This document shows positions 19,667-29,255 of a stretch of 64,000 bases of DNA, one piece after another. Origin of the DNA: Candidatus Thioglobus sp. GTDB lineage: Bacteria > Pseudomonadota > Gammaproteobacteria > PS1 > Pseudothioglobaceae. The stretch spans positions 14,079 to 78,078 of the forward strand of contig JAPYSK010000001.1 of assembly GCA_029936515.1 (NCBI GenBank), written 5' to 3'. The position numbers and the translations under genes are program-made. The notes under the pieces were generated by a model. It was not told the DNA's origin, did not search any database, and worked only from the letters and a program-made list of their open reading frames with translations. How positions within the stretch are numbered: the first letter of the stretch is position 1; every line of letters starts with the position of its first letter.

Positions 19667-20634
19667 TCATAAGCATGCAATGCAGCGGCACCACCAGTAT
19701 GAATAAATAAGATTTTGTCTGAGTCTTTAAAATGCTTATTTTGTATTAAATCAATTAAACCAGCAAAGCCTTTTCCAGAGTAAACAGGATCTAGAAGGAT
19801 AGCTTCTTTTGTTGCCAGTAAATTAACAGCATCAGTCATGCCTTTAGTTGGAACACCATAACCTCCACCCACATAACCATCAAAGACTTCAACGTCTTCT
19901 CGTTTTGGTTCGTCACATTGAATATATTTACAACCATCTTGTGCCATTTTGTAAATTTTTTCTTCTTGGTCATGTTTGTTGTCTTTGACACTAATACCAA
20001 TAATATTTATCTTGCTTTTGTAATATGTTTTTCCTGAAACAATGCCTGAATGAGTCCCTCCACTTCCACTTGCTAGAACAATATGAGTAAATAAGTTTTC
20101 TTTGTCATATTCAACAATTTCTCTCATACATTCAACGTATCCAAGTTGTCCAATATGATTACTGCCACCAACAGGAATATAGTAAGGGTTGGCTCCTTTA
20201 TTTTTTCTTTCATTCATTATTTCTTCAGCATGCTCTTTTACATCCTTGCCTTTAGGGCAGATTATTATTTCAGCGCCGAAAAGCTTTTCCAGAAAAACAT
20301 TGCCTGATGTCATGTAGGCATCTGGAGCATCTGCTAGTCTTTGTTCTAAAACTATGAGACATTTCAATCCTAGCTTTGCACACGCCGCTGCAGTTTGTCT
20401 TGTATGGTTAGATTGAACGGCGCCAACTGTCACAACAAGGTCTGCCTGATTATTAATAGCATCAGGCATTAAAAATTCTAGTTTTCTTGTCTTATTTCCA
20501 CCTGTTGCTAGACCGGTACAATCATCCCTTTTGATATATATATCGGGACCTTTTAAATAATCGGAAAGATTATTTAGTTGTTCTATTGGGGTAGGGAAAT
20601 GCCCTAAATTCATTCTATTAAATTTATCATTCAT
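19654..20634 (-). CDS. D-cysteine desulfhydrase / cysteate sulfo-lyase family PLP enzyme
   Basis: IKRDDCTG, GGNKTRKLEF (PLP Lys), QSNHTRQTAAA, LLDPVYSGKG, FIHTGG; Ser/Thr at the positions that separate this group from ACC deaminase. Confidence 0.85.
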   Translation of the reverse strand: MNDKFNRMNLGHFPTPIEQLNNLSDYLKGPDIYIKRDDCTGLATGGNKTRKLEFLMPDAINNQADLVVTVGAVQSNHTRQTAAACAKLGLKCLIVLEQRLADAPDAYMTSGNVFLEKLFGAEIIICPKGKDVKEHAEEIMNERKNKGANPYYIPVGGSNHIGQLGYVECMREIVEYDKENLFTHIVLASGSGGTHSGIVSGKTYYKSKINIIGISVKDNKHDQEEKIYKMAQDGCKYIQCDEPKREDVEVFDGYVGGGYGVPTKGMTDAVNLLATKEAILLDPVYSGKGFAGLIDLIQNKHFKDSDKILFIHTGGAAALHAYEWAF

Positions 20635-20668
20635 ATTTATTCAACCTAATTATATTTTCATAAGATCT

Positions 20669-22183
20669 TTACTCTCTTTTTTTGCCTTGTATTATTCTGT
20701 CTAGTATTAGTGCGCAGAATAAGATAGCGATACCAGCTAATATGCCCTGTCCAACATTTGCATATTGCAATGCCTCCAAAACATCTTGACCTAAACCTTT
20801 AGCGCCAATTAAGGAAGCAACAACAACCATAGCTAAACTCAACATAACAGTTTGATTAACACCGGCAAGGATAGTAGGCATTGCAAGAGGTAAATCAACT
20901 TTTGTCAAGAGATACCATTTAGAGGCTCCATAGGCTATAGCTGCCTCTCTAATACTTTCTGGAACACCTTTTAAGCCTAATACAGTCAGTCTAACTACAG
21001 GAGTTCCACCAAAAATCATTGTAATAATTACCGCAGAAACCTTTCCGGTTCCAAAAAAAGCGATAACAGGAATCATAAATACAAATGCAGGCATAGTTTG
21101 CATAAAGTCCATGATTGGTCTAATAAATGAATAGAACTTTGGTCTGGTAGCACAATAAATTCCTAGGGGTATTCCAATAGAGATGCTAAGAATTGCTGCA
21201 GTTCCCAATAAAGCCAACGTTGTCATTGCTTTAACCCAGAACCCTAAAAACCCCATATATGCCAAAAATGAGAGAGAGAAGAGCGCTGCTCTTGGTCCTG
21301 CGGAGAGTCCAGTCATCAGGACAATAGCACTTATGACCACAATCCATGGTGTTTTAACAAATAGCATCTCTAGTGAATCAAGTACAGTTCTTATTCCAAA
21401 GGTAATAGCACTAAAAAGAACATCACCCTTAATAACAGCATAATCAAAGGACCTTTCTACACCATCTATTGAAGCAAGCCTTATATCAGGGTGTGTTGGA
21501 AAGTCAGCAAATAAAGCAACAAGGTTTGGAAAGCTATAGTGTATTGCCGAAAAGACAATGATTATTAATGCAAATGCTATGCTTAGAAGATAGTTTTTAA
21601 ATTCCATTCCTGGGCTAATTTGCTTATTTGAAAGCCATTCAGAAAACTTCTTTTCCAAAATTGAATTTGCTAATACGCCTTGTAATACTCTTATTAAAAT
21701 AAATAGAAAAATTCCACTAATCGCAATCGCAACACCCGAGGCCTCAATGTTTTGGGCTTCTTGTAAGTATCCCTGTATAGAGTCCTCAAGTGACTTTATA
21801 GTTCTTTTAAACATTTCGACTTTATCTGAATTTTTTTCTATAGCTGCTTGTAATTGCTTTTCTCGAAAGTCTATTGTGGATTGAATTTTGTCAATTTTGC
21901 TATAAGCCTCTGCGCTAATATTGCCAAAAAAGCCTCTCACAATTTGAACAATTGCAAATGTTTCAATAATTAAAAATGCTAAGGACCAGTTCCATATGTT
22001 TCGAATTCCAAACCATACTGAACCAAATAAAAATGCAAATAAGTTAAAGGATAAAACAAATTTTGACGTACTATTAATACGCTCGAATTCATGAATATAG
22101 TATTTGGAATTAGTCTTTACAAAATCTTTAATTTGATTTGTATTTGCATATTTATCTTTACTCATTAAATTATCTTCACTCAT
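20669..22183 (-). CDS. ProW-like (quaternary amine/amino acid) ABC permease with a long N-terminal DUF2628-like extension
   Basis: C-terminal ProW core (RPIMDFMQTMPAFVF, VRLTVLG, EAAIAYGAS, GVNQTVMLSL); start at 22183 overlaps the upstream stop (ATGAGTGA). Confidence 0.85.
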   Translation of the reverse strand: MSEDNLMSKDKYANTNQIKDFVKTNSKYYIHEFERINSTSKFVLSFNLFAFLFGSVWFGIRNIWNWSLAFLIIETFAIVQIVRGFFGNISAEAYSKIDKIQSTIDFREKQLQAAIEKNSDKVEMFKRTIKSLEDSIQGYLQEAQNIEASGVAIAISGIFLFILIRVLQGVLANSILEKKFSEWLSNKQISPGMEFKNYLLSIAFALIIIVFSAIHYSFPNLVALFADFPTHPDIRLASIDGVERSFDYAVIKGDVLFSAITFGIRTVLDSLEMLFVKTPWIVVISAIVLMTGLSAGPRAALFSLSFLAYMGFLGFWVKAMTTLALLGTAAILSISIGIPLGIYCATRPKFYSFIRPIMDFMQTMPAFVFMIPVIAFFGTGKVSAVIITMIFGGTPVVRLTVLGLKGVPESIREAAIAYGASKWYLLTKVDLPLAMPTILAGVNQTVMLSLAMVVVASLIGAKGLGQDVLEALQYANVGQGILAGIAILFCALILDRIIQGKKRE

Positions 22184-23240
22184 CTTGACCCTCAACAATA
22201 GAAACCAGCAAGTCTTTTTGGGACACTACACCAATATCTTGGCCACTTGGGTTGCTAATAACGATTGGTTTATCGCTAGACACAGAGCTTTCAATTAAGC
22301 TACTTAAATCATCGTCCTCCTTCATTCTTATAGCATTTTTTGGTATTACACCATATTTCTTAGTAAATTCATCAATTGGTCTCATAATAGATTTTGCTTT
22401 TACAACTTCAAGCCTTGAAATTCCTTTTACAAAGTCAGCAACATAACTATCCTTTGGATTCATAACAATTTCTTCGGGCGTTCCAATTTGAATAACTTTT
22501 CCATCTCTCATGATAGCAATTCGATGGCCAACTTTAACTGCCTCATCTAAGTCATGAGTGATAAAGACTGTTGTTTTTTTTAATTTTTTCGATAGCTTAA
22601 TAAACTCTATTTGAAGCTGTCTTCTGATTAATGGATCGAGCGCACTAAATGGTTCATCCATTAATAATATTTCGGGATCGGCTGCAAGCGCTCTTGCAAG
22701 CCCTACTCTTTGTTGCATCCCCCCAGAGAGCTCATGTGCATATTTATTACCCCAACCTGTTAGTTCAACTGTATTTAAAATTTCATTTGCTTTTCCGTAC
22801 CTATTATTTTTATTGACACCTCTTATCTCTAGAGGCATGGCGATATTATCTATTACAGATCTATGAGGCATAAGGGCAAAATTTTGAAAAACCATGCCTA
22901 TTTTTTTGTTTCTAAATTCTTGTAATTCTTGTTTTTCTAAAGCCATTACATCCTGGCCATCTATTAGAATTTTTCCAATTGTTGGCTCTAATAACCTATT
23001 AATATGCCTTACAAGGGTGGATTTACCACTACCAGATAAGCCCATAACGCAAAATATCTCTCCTGGATTGATATTAAACGAGACATCAGAAACACCAATT
23101 ACAGAGTTGTACTTCTCTAGAGCTTCTTGCTTTGAAATATTCTTTTTAGTGATAGCTTCTAAAGCTTCTGCAGAATTATTTCCAAATATCTTTGAGATAT
23201 TTTGAATTTCAATGAAGCTTCCAGTGTTTTCTTGCGACAT
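22176..23240 (-). CDS. ProV-like ABC transporter ATP-binding protein
   Basis: GLSGSGKST, LSGGMQQRVGLARALA, LLMDEPFSALDPLIR, FITHDLDEA. Confidence 0.92.
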   Translation of the reverse strand: MSQENTGSFIEIQNISKIFGNNSAEALEAITKKNISKQEALEKYNSVIGVSDVSFNINPGEIFCVMGLSGSGKSTLVRHINRLLEPTIGKILIDGQDVMALEKQELQEFRNKKIGMVFQNFALMPHRSVIDNIAMPLEIRGVNKNNRYGKANEILNTVELTGWGNKYAHELSGGMQQRVGLARALAADPEILLMDEPFSALDPLIRRQLQIEFIKLSKKLKKTTVFITHDLDEAVKVGHRIAIMRDGKVIQIGTPEEIVMNPKDSYVADFVKGISRLEVVKAKSIMRPIDEFTKKYGVIPKNAIRMKEDDDLSSLIESSVSSDKPIVISNPSGQDIGVVSQKDLLVSIVEGQDE

Positions 23241-23265
23241 AGTGTTTGTAATAATTGAAAAAAAA

Positions 23266-23287
23266 CCGGCGCTTATAAAGGCGCCGG
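23266..23287 (-). terminator. Hairpin downstream of the substrate-binding protein gene
   Basis: CCGGCGC/GCGCCGG stem followed by a T-run on the minus strand. Confidence 0.7.
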
Positions 23288-23308
23288 CTTTATGACGAAC
23301 TGACTAGA

Positions 23309-24271
23309 TTATAAACCTAACCAACCATCAACAGTACCTTCGTTCTTAGACATCCAATCTCTTGCAACTTCTGCTGGATCTCTCTTATTAACAGAAATTT
23401 CATATGCTAGCCATGAAACATCATCAGATGTTAACTGGAAGTTATTGAAAAATTCAACAATTGCTGGAGATTTACCTTCTAGTGAAGTGCCCCAACCAAT
23501 TTGAATATTTTTCATTGCATCCTTAGAGGCTACATAAGATTTTTTATACCAATCTGCATCAGTTTTTGGTTGAATCATTTTGTACTTAGCAGGATCATGA
23601 GTAGGCTCAGTTAACATAACAACGTCAGCCATTCCCCATATAGCGTGTGGCTTGTAGCAATAAAATGCATAACCTTCACCCTTCTTAATTGAGTCTAGTA
23701 CTCGAGCATTTTTTACAGCTTCAGCAGCTCTAATTGGCTCTATTCCAGCATCAAGTAGTAGATAATCTCTAACCTTAACCTCATTTACGTTTGCAGATGC
23801 CCATCCATCAGCACCAATCCAAAACTCACCTTTACCGTTGCCATCACTATCCATAGCTGCAACAACCTCAGGTCTTCCAAGATCAAAAATTGACGTTATA
23901 TTCATCTCTTTTGCAAAAGCTTGAGATACACAGTAACCTTGATTTCCTTCGTAACTCAATGAGCTTAACTTAAGTGTTCCTTTAGGAACTAGGTCATTAG
24001 TGTAGGCCTGTTGGTTAGGTAACCAGACGTCAGGGTGAACTTCAATTTCACCTTTACTTCTATCAATAGCTCCATATATCGCTGTATTGTTTCCAGGTAC
24101 AAGCTCAACTTCACCACCCATTTTGTCTGTAATAACAGCAGAAAGTAAGTTAGCAATTGCTGTTGCACCAGTCCAACCTGGATCACCAATATTTACTTTT
24201 TCTGCATAACTAGACATTGACATAGATAATGCAATTAATCCAGCTAATATAGTCTTATTAATTATTTTCAT
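23309..24271 (-). CDS. ProX/OpuAC-family ABC substrate-binding protein
   Basis: Signal peptide from ATG 24271 (GGAG RBS); EVHPDVWLP, FWIGADGW, FYCYKPH; operonic with ProV/ProW-like genes. Confidence 0.82.
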   Translation of the reverse strand: MKIINKTILAGLIALSMSMSSYAEKVNIGDPGWTGATAIANLLSAVITDKMGGEVELVPGNNTAIYGAIDRSKGEIEVHPDVWLPNQQAYTNDLVPKGTLKLSSLSYEGNQGYCVSQAFAKEMNITSIFDLGRPEVVAAMDSDGNGKGEFWIGADGWASANVNEVKVRDYLLLDAGIEPIRAAEAVKNARVLDSIKKGEGYAFYCYKPHAIWGMADVVMLTEPTHDPAKYKMIQPKTDADWYKKSYVASKDAMKNIQIGWGTSLEGKSPAIVEFFNNFQLTSDDVSWLAYEISVNKRDPAEVARDWMSKNEGTVDGWLGL

Positions 24272-24483
24272 TTTTTCTACTCCATATAGTTTTTTTTTGT
24301 ACAATTGTTTCATTTAAATAAAATAAAGTACAAATGTAGTTTATCATTAATATTAGTTCTTAACTACAAAATATAAAAAAAAATTGAATGCCTAAAATAT
24401 ATATTTAAGTATGTAACTGTTTTCCAAAAAAAATAATTAGAGCGATTTGTATAAAAGAAAAGTTAATGTGAATAATTAAGAGA

Positions 24484-25359
24484 ATGATATCAAGTAATTT
24501 GAGCACTAAGCAGATACAAGAGCGTTTAACTTTAGGTTTTAATACTTATCCGAAAGAAGTTCAAAAAGCCGCAAAGTATTTAATTAGTAATACATTTGAG
24601 ATTCCACTATATTCTCTTCGTAAAATTTCAAAAATGGCGCAAATAAGCCCGTCAACTTTGGTACGCTTAGTTAAACTGCTTGGTTTTCAACGCTATGATG
24701 AGTTTAAGAATATCTACATAGAAGATGCTAAAAAATCTACCTCTCACTTCACTCTAAAAGCTCAAAAGATTCAGCAACAAAAAACTGATAAATCATTCGA
24801 GTCTTTTGAAAAATTTGCGTTACAAGCTATGGATTGTGTCCTTAATGATGAAGTGTACGACAAAATAGATCCTATAATTGATCATATCTTAAACGCGAAA
24901 AATATCTATATTTCGGGAATGAGAGGTAGCTTCACTCTCAGCTTCTACTTACATTTTATGCTTCACATGATGTTGCCCAATGTGAAATTAATACGTGATC
25001 AAGAGGGAATGCTATTAAGCGAAATTGCTCAAATGAATAGCCACGATTTAGTTTTCGTTTTTGGACTCTCACCTCTGTCTCAGTCAAGTTTATTTGGAAT
25101 TAATCAGATTGTTAAAAAAAATCCAAAAATAGTTGTTTTAACGAATGAAATTATCGCAAATATCGTACCAGATGCGACTCAATTGATTTCACTTGGTAAC
25201 CACTCACAAACATTTATACCAAGCTTTATACCTTTTGTTGCTTTTTCTGAATTGCTAGTTTCTAGGTTGATAGCCAAAGGTGATAAGAGAATCCTAAACT
25301 ATATCAAAAACACTGAAACTGAACTTTCTGATGTTGGTATGTTTGTCAAACCGGTTTAG
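24484..25359 (+). CDS. RpiR/MurR-family transcriptional regulator (HTH + SIS)
   Basis: SLRKISKMAQISPSTLVRLVKLLGFQRYDEFK; SIS-like IYISGMRGSFTLS; divergent from the ABC operon. Confidence 0.88.
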   Translation: MISSNLSTKQIQERLTLGFNTYPKEVQKAAKYLISNTFEIPLYSLRKISKMAQISPSTLVRLVKLLGFQRYDEFKNIYIEDAKKSTSHFTLKAQKIQQQKTDKSFESFEKFALQAMDCVLNDEVYDKIDPIIDHILNAKNIYISGMRGSFTLSFYLHFMLHMMLPNVKLIRDQEGMLLSEIAQMNSHDLVFVFGLSPLSQSSLFGINQIVKKNPKIVVLTNEIIANIVPDATQLISLGNHSQTFIPSFIPFVAFSELLVSRLIAKGDKRILNYIKNTETELSDVGMFVKPV

Positions 25360-25416
25360 TCTGCTGACACAATCCCAACTCTGATAAAAGTTAAGGCTGG
25401 ATATTTAAACTTACTA

Positions 25417-26166
25417 TTAAAGAAGAAAATCCTTAATTAACTTATTAAATAATAATGTCTCTTCCATGTGCGAATTATGGGCGCAGTTTTTAATTATCTT
25501 TATTCGAGAATCTGCTATTCCATTTCTTAAAATTTCTTGCTGAGACCAATCATATGAACGATCTTTATTTGACCAAAGAATTAGTGTTGGTGAATTAATT
25601 TGACTTAATTGCCCTCTTCCATCCCAAGAGTCCCATGCATCAAGACTTGCGAGTGCTGCTTGAGTAGTTGCTTTTGCGCCTTCATCTAAGCATAACTTGT
25701 AACCATCACCAATTGAGTGGTCAATGAACCAAGTTTTTGCGATATCTTTTCGAGTTTTATTAAGGCCAAATTGTTTGATTTTAGTTCTTGATTCATCAAT
25801 CGTTTCAAATCTGCTTGGTAAAACTCCTATTGATCCTGTCCCAAAACAAATTAACTTATTAACACGTTCTGGAAATAATGCCGCCATTTCTTGAACGATC
25901 ATCCCTCCCATAGAGTGACCAAGCAAATTGAAGGTGTCAATTTTTAAATAATCTAAAAGTTCAAATACTTGGGTCGCATTTTCTCTAATTGTCGAAGGAG
26001 CGGTCATTTTAGAGCTCTCACCATATCCGGCAAGGGAAGGCATAATTAATTCAAAGTTATTTTTTAAATCCTCCTGAAATTTCCACATATCTTGACCACC
26101 CAAATAGCCGTGTACCAATACTAGTGGGTAGCCTTTTCCTATTCTTTTGTAAGATAAATGATTCAT
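25417..26166 (-). CDS. Alpha/beta-fold hydrolase
   Basis: LVLVHGY, nucleophile elbow GHSMGG, C-terminal AHNSH. Confidence 0.88.
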   Translation of the reverse strand: MNHLSYKRIGKGYPLVLVHGYLGGQDMWKFQEDLKNNFELIMPSLAGYGESSKMTAPSTIRENATQVFELLDYLKIDTFNLLGHSMGGMIVQEMAALFPERVNKLICFGTGSIGVLPSRFETIDESRTKIKQFGLNKTRKDIAKTWFIDHSIGDGYKLCLDEGAKATTQAALASLDAWDSWDGRGQLSQINSPTLILWSNKDRSYDWSQQEILRNGIADSRIKIIKNCAHNSHMEETLLFNKLIKDFLL

Positions 26167-26200
26167 AATATGAAATGATAAAGTATTAATAGCATAGCAA

Positions 26201-26578
26201 TTAAATTAGTGACGTAATATTTCCATCACCCTCAACAAAGTCATACTTACCAAAGTCTTTTTTATCAACCCATGACATTGCTTCATGCTCATTAAGCTTG
26301 ATAGTTCCATCTTTTATTGAACAAAGAAAATAATGTAATACAATATTTATTTCACTGTCTTTATATTTTTCTTCTGCAAGCTTTTCATGGATATTAATAT
26401 CTATATTTAATTCCTCATGAATTTCTCTTAAAAGAGCCTCTTGAAAGGATTCGTTAGGCTCAACCTTTCCTCCTGGAAATTCCCACTTAAGGCCTAAATA
26501 TTTGTCTCTATTTCTTTGAACAATTAAATAGGTGTTTTCTTTTTTAATGATCGCAGCAACAACATCAATAGGCTTCAT
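26201..26578 (-). CDS. NUDIX hydrolase (MutT/NudG-like)
   Basis: Nudix box WEFPGGKVEPNESFQEALLREIHEEL; ATG 26578 preferred over 26599. Confidence 0.9.
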   Translation of the reverse strand: MKPIDVVAAIIKKENTYLIVQRNRDKYLGLKWEFPGGKVEPNESFQEALLREIHEELNIDINIHEKLAEEKYKDSEINIVLHYFLCSIKDGTIKLNEHEAMSWVDKKDFGKYDFVEGDGNITSLI

Positions 26579-26610
26579 AGTATAAATTCCATAAATCACT
26601 TAAATATATA

Positions 26611-26687
26611 TGGTGCGCCCGATGCGATTTGAACGCACGACATTCGGCTTCGGAGGCCGACACTCTATCCAGCTGAGCTACGGGCGC
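26611..26687 (-). tRNA. tRNA-Arg(CCG)
   Basis: Reverse complement GCGCCCGTAGCTCAGCTGGATAGAGTGTCGGCCTCCGAAGCCGAATGTCGTGCGTTCAAATCGCATCGGGCGCACCA folds as a 77-nt cloverleaf with anticodon CCG and encoded CCA. Confidence 0.97.
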
Positions 26688-26860
26688 AATATGTAACTGA
26701 TAATTTTAGTCGAGTGCTTGCGCTCAGAAATAAAACTTATAAGGATTGGTATAAATTTCTTCTTAAAACAATATTATTTCTTCATCTAAAATAAATAAAA
26801 AACAAGTACAATCCTTAGTGATTAATCTAATTTCCTTTTTAAAAACCCATCAACCTAAAT

Positions 26861-28201
26861 ATGACAAATTCAAAAGCTTTAATAAAATCTATTATTCTTT
26901 CTTCTTTTCTTTTTTTTGTTGCTTCTAATAGCTCTATAGCTGAAGATGAAAACTACTCCCCCCTAGATTCACCATCCTTTTTTGAAGGTCTAAATACCTT
27001 TACTTCTATCTTTTCTCAAATTAAACAACTCTATGTTGACGAGATTGATGATGAAACATTGTTTAATAACGCCATTAAAGGTTTAATCGAGGGTTTAGAC
27101 CCTCATTCTAGCTTTCTAGAACCAAAAGATCAGTCTGATTTAAGTGAGAGCACTATGGGCAAATTTGGGGGTCTAGGAATTGTTATAGGAACACAAGGTA
27201 ATTATATTGAAGTTATCTCACCAATAGACGATACCCCAGCATATCGAGCAGGCCTTCAGGCTGGAGACATTATTTTACAAATTGGTGATCAAAATGTGAG
27301 TCAAATCAACCTTGAAGAAGGCGTTAAACTTATGAGGGGGGCTCCAGGTACGAAAGTTAAGTTGACTATTGGGAGACCCGATATCGCACCATTTGTTGTT
27401 GAAATAACTCGAGAGATTATTACTATTACTTCTGCAAAAGGGGTCATTCTTGATGAAGGTATTGGATATCTAAGGATTGCTCAATTTCAAAGACCAACTT
27501 CAGATTTGGTAAAGAATATTATTTCTGATTTAGTTGCTCAAAATGAGAGTGAGCTTGATTCTTTGATTATTGATCTAAGAAATAATCCTGGAGGCTTACT
27601 GGACTCTGCAATTGATGTCTCTAATCTTTTTATTGATGAAACTGGCATCGTGGTCTATACAGAAGGCAGAACGCCAAGTTCTAATATCTCTTTCCCGACA
27701 AAACCTGGTGATATCGTTAATGGTGCTCCGATAGTTATTCTAATGAACAAAGGCTCTGCTTCAGCATCTGAGATCGTTGCAGGGGCTCTTCAAGATCACA
27801 AGCGAGCCATTATTATGGGTGAAGAGTCTTTCGGTAAAGGTTCAGTTCAATCTATGCTAAGTTTGGAGGATGGATATGGCCTTAAACTCACAACTGCAAG
27901 GTACTATACGCCTTCAGGTCGTTCTATACAATCTAAAGGAATTACGCCTGATATTGAACTAGAAAACATCTCTCTTGATAATGATGAAGATGAGGATTCA
28001 ATAGACTTTAGCTCTCAAGAAAAAGACTTAAAAAATGCCTTATCAGCTGAAGATCCTACTGAGTTATCAGAGGAAGAAATTCTAAAAGTACAGGATGAGA
28101 TAGCAGAAAAGAGAGACCAAGAGTACATCGAACTTCTTAAGGGGGATTACTTTATTCATGAAGCTATCAATGTATTGAAGGCTTTAAAAGTCTACAGATA
28201 G
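26861..28201 (+). CDS. ctpA: S41 carboxy-terminal processing protease
   Basis: LDPHSSFL, PDZ GKFGGLGIVI, IIDLRNNPGGLL, GSASASEIVAGALQD, SFGKGSVQ. Confidence 0.93.
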   Translation: MTNSKALIKSIILSSFLFFVASNSSIAEDENYSPLDSPSFFEGLNTFTSIFSQIKQLYVDEIDDETLFNNAIKGLIEGLDPHSSFLEPKDQSDLSESTMGKFGGLGIVIGTQGNYIEVISPIDDTPAYRAGLQAGDIILQIGDQNVSQINLEEGVKLMRGAPGTKVKLTIGRPDIAPFVVEITREIITITSAKGVILDEGIGYLRIAQFQRPTSDLVKNIISDLVAQNESELDSLIIDLRNNPGGLLDSAIDVSNLFIDETGIVVYTEGRTPSSNISFPTKPGDIVNGAPIVILMNKGSASASEIVAGALQDHKRAIIMGEESFGKGSVQSMLSLEDGYGLKLTTARYYTPSGRSIQSKGITPDIELENISLDNDEDEDSIDFSSQEKDLKNALSAEDPTELSEEEILKVQDEIAEKRDQEYIELLKGDYFIHEAINVLKALKVYR

Positions 28202-28211
28202 TCAAACAATA

Positions 28212-28248
28212 AAAAGCCTTTCATAAATATTCTTCATGAAAGGCTTTT
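28212..28248. terminator. Bidirectional intrinsic terminator between convergent ctpA and lepB
   Basis: 13-bp inverted repeat AAAAGCCTTTCAT/ATGAAAGGCTTTT. Confidence 0.8.
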
Positions 28249-28271
28249 GTATTTAATTTGAGTCAGATTAA

Positions 28272-29174
28272 CTAATCAAACCCACCTATTCGGCTAAACT
28301 GCATTGTGTTGTAATTCCAGTCCCAGTGCATCCATATACCAATCGCCTTTCCAAGAATGAACTCTTCAGGAACAAATCCCCAGAATCGTGAGTCACTACT
28401 ATGAGACCTGTTATCACCCATTACAAAATAATGCCCATCAGGAATTGTGATCTCAGGTAAATCTTTTGAGTGCCCTGAAGGGTGCAACAAAATATCATGA
28501 TTGGCGGATTCGATAAGCTCTCTAACTAAGCGATAACGATTCATAGGTTTGCCTGAATCAACACCAATATAAGGGCCAACTTTATTGTAATCAATGGCTT
28601 TACCATTAATTATTAGCTGATCTTTTTCATAAGAAATAACATCACCTGGAAGTGCAATAACTCGTTTAATAAAATCTACACCAGAGTAGCCAGGATTGTG
28701 CTCATAGTTTGGGTAGCGAAAAACAATAATATCACCCCTCTCTGGTTTTGAGAAATCAATGATTTTAGTATTGGTTATAGGAAGTCTAAGGCCATAGTCA
28801 AACTTATTAACTAGGATAAAATCACCTGTCAAAAGTGTAGGCATCATGGAATTTGATGGTACTCGAAATGGCTCAAATATAAAGCCACGAAAAATTAAAA
28901 CCAATAATAGAACAGGAAAAAGCTCAATTGACCACTGTACAACTTTAGGTCTGTGAGCGTATTTTTCAGATTTTGAAAATTTTAAAAAGATTAAGAAGTA
29001 AAAAAACTTACCAATCTTTGATTTATTATTGTCACTCTCGATGGAATCTTGATTATTAGATTTGGAGTTAAAAAAGAGATCGATCAATACAACAATAATT
29101 GCCAGAAGCATTGCTATAAAAAGCCACGAAAGGACATCCCATGCAAAGAAAGATTCTGCGTTATTAATAGTCAT
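28272..29174 (-). CDS. lepB: Signal peptidase I
   Basis: EPFRVPSNSMMPTL (Ser), DFIKRVIALPGD (Lys), YFVMGDNRSHSSDSRFWG. Confidence 0.96.
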   Translation of the reverse strand: MTINNAESFFAWDVLSWLFIAMLLAIIVVLIDLFFNSKSNNQDSIESDNNKSKIGKFFYFLIFLKFSKSEKYAHRPKVVQWSIELFPVLLLVLIFRGFIFEPFRVPSNSMMPTLLTGDFILVNKFDYGLRLPITNTKIIDFSKPERGDIIVFRYPNYEHNPGYSGVDFIKRVIALPGDVISYEKDQLIINGKAIDYNKVGPYIGVDSGKPMNRYRLVRELIESANHDILLHPSGHSKDLPEITIPDGHYFVMGDNRSHSSDSRFWGFVPEEFILGKAIGIWMHWDWNYNTMQFSRIGGFD

Positions 29175-29255
29175 AGATTGGTTTATTTTTTAAAAAAAGT
29201 ATTATAACAAGCTGGTCATTAAGAATTTACTCGAATTAACATCAGTAACATTAAT

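Noticed and set aside
19654-20634. ACC deaminase (acdS)
   Set aside because: Has Ser/Thr rather than the diagnostic Glu/Leu residues
19063-26687. Active integrative element with attL/attR at tRNA-Arg
   Set aside because: No integrase and no duplicate of the tRNA 3' end (TGGTGCGCCC) near the lgt boundary
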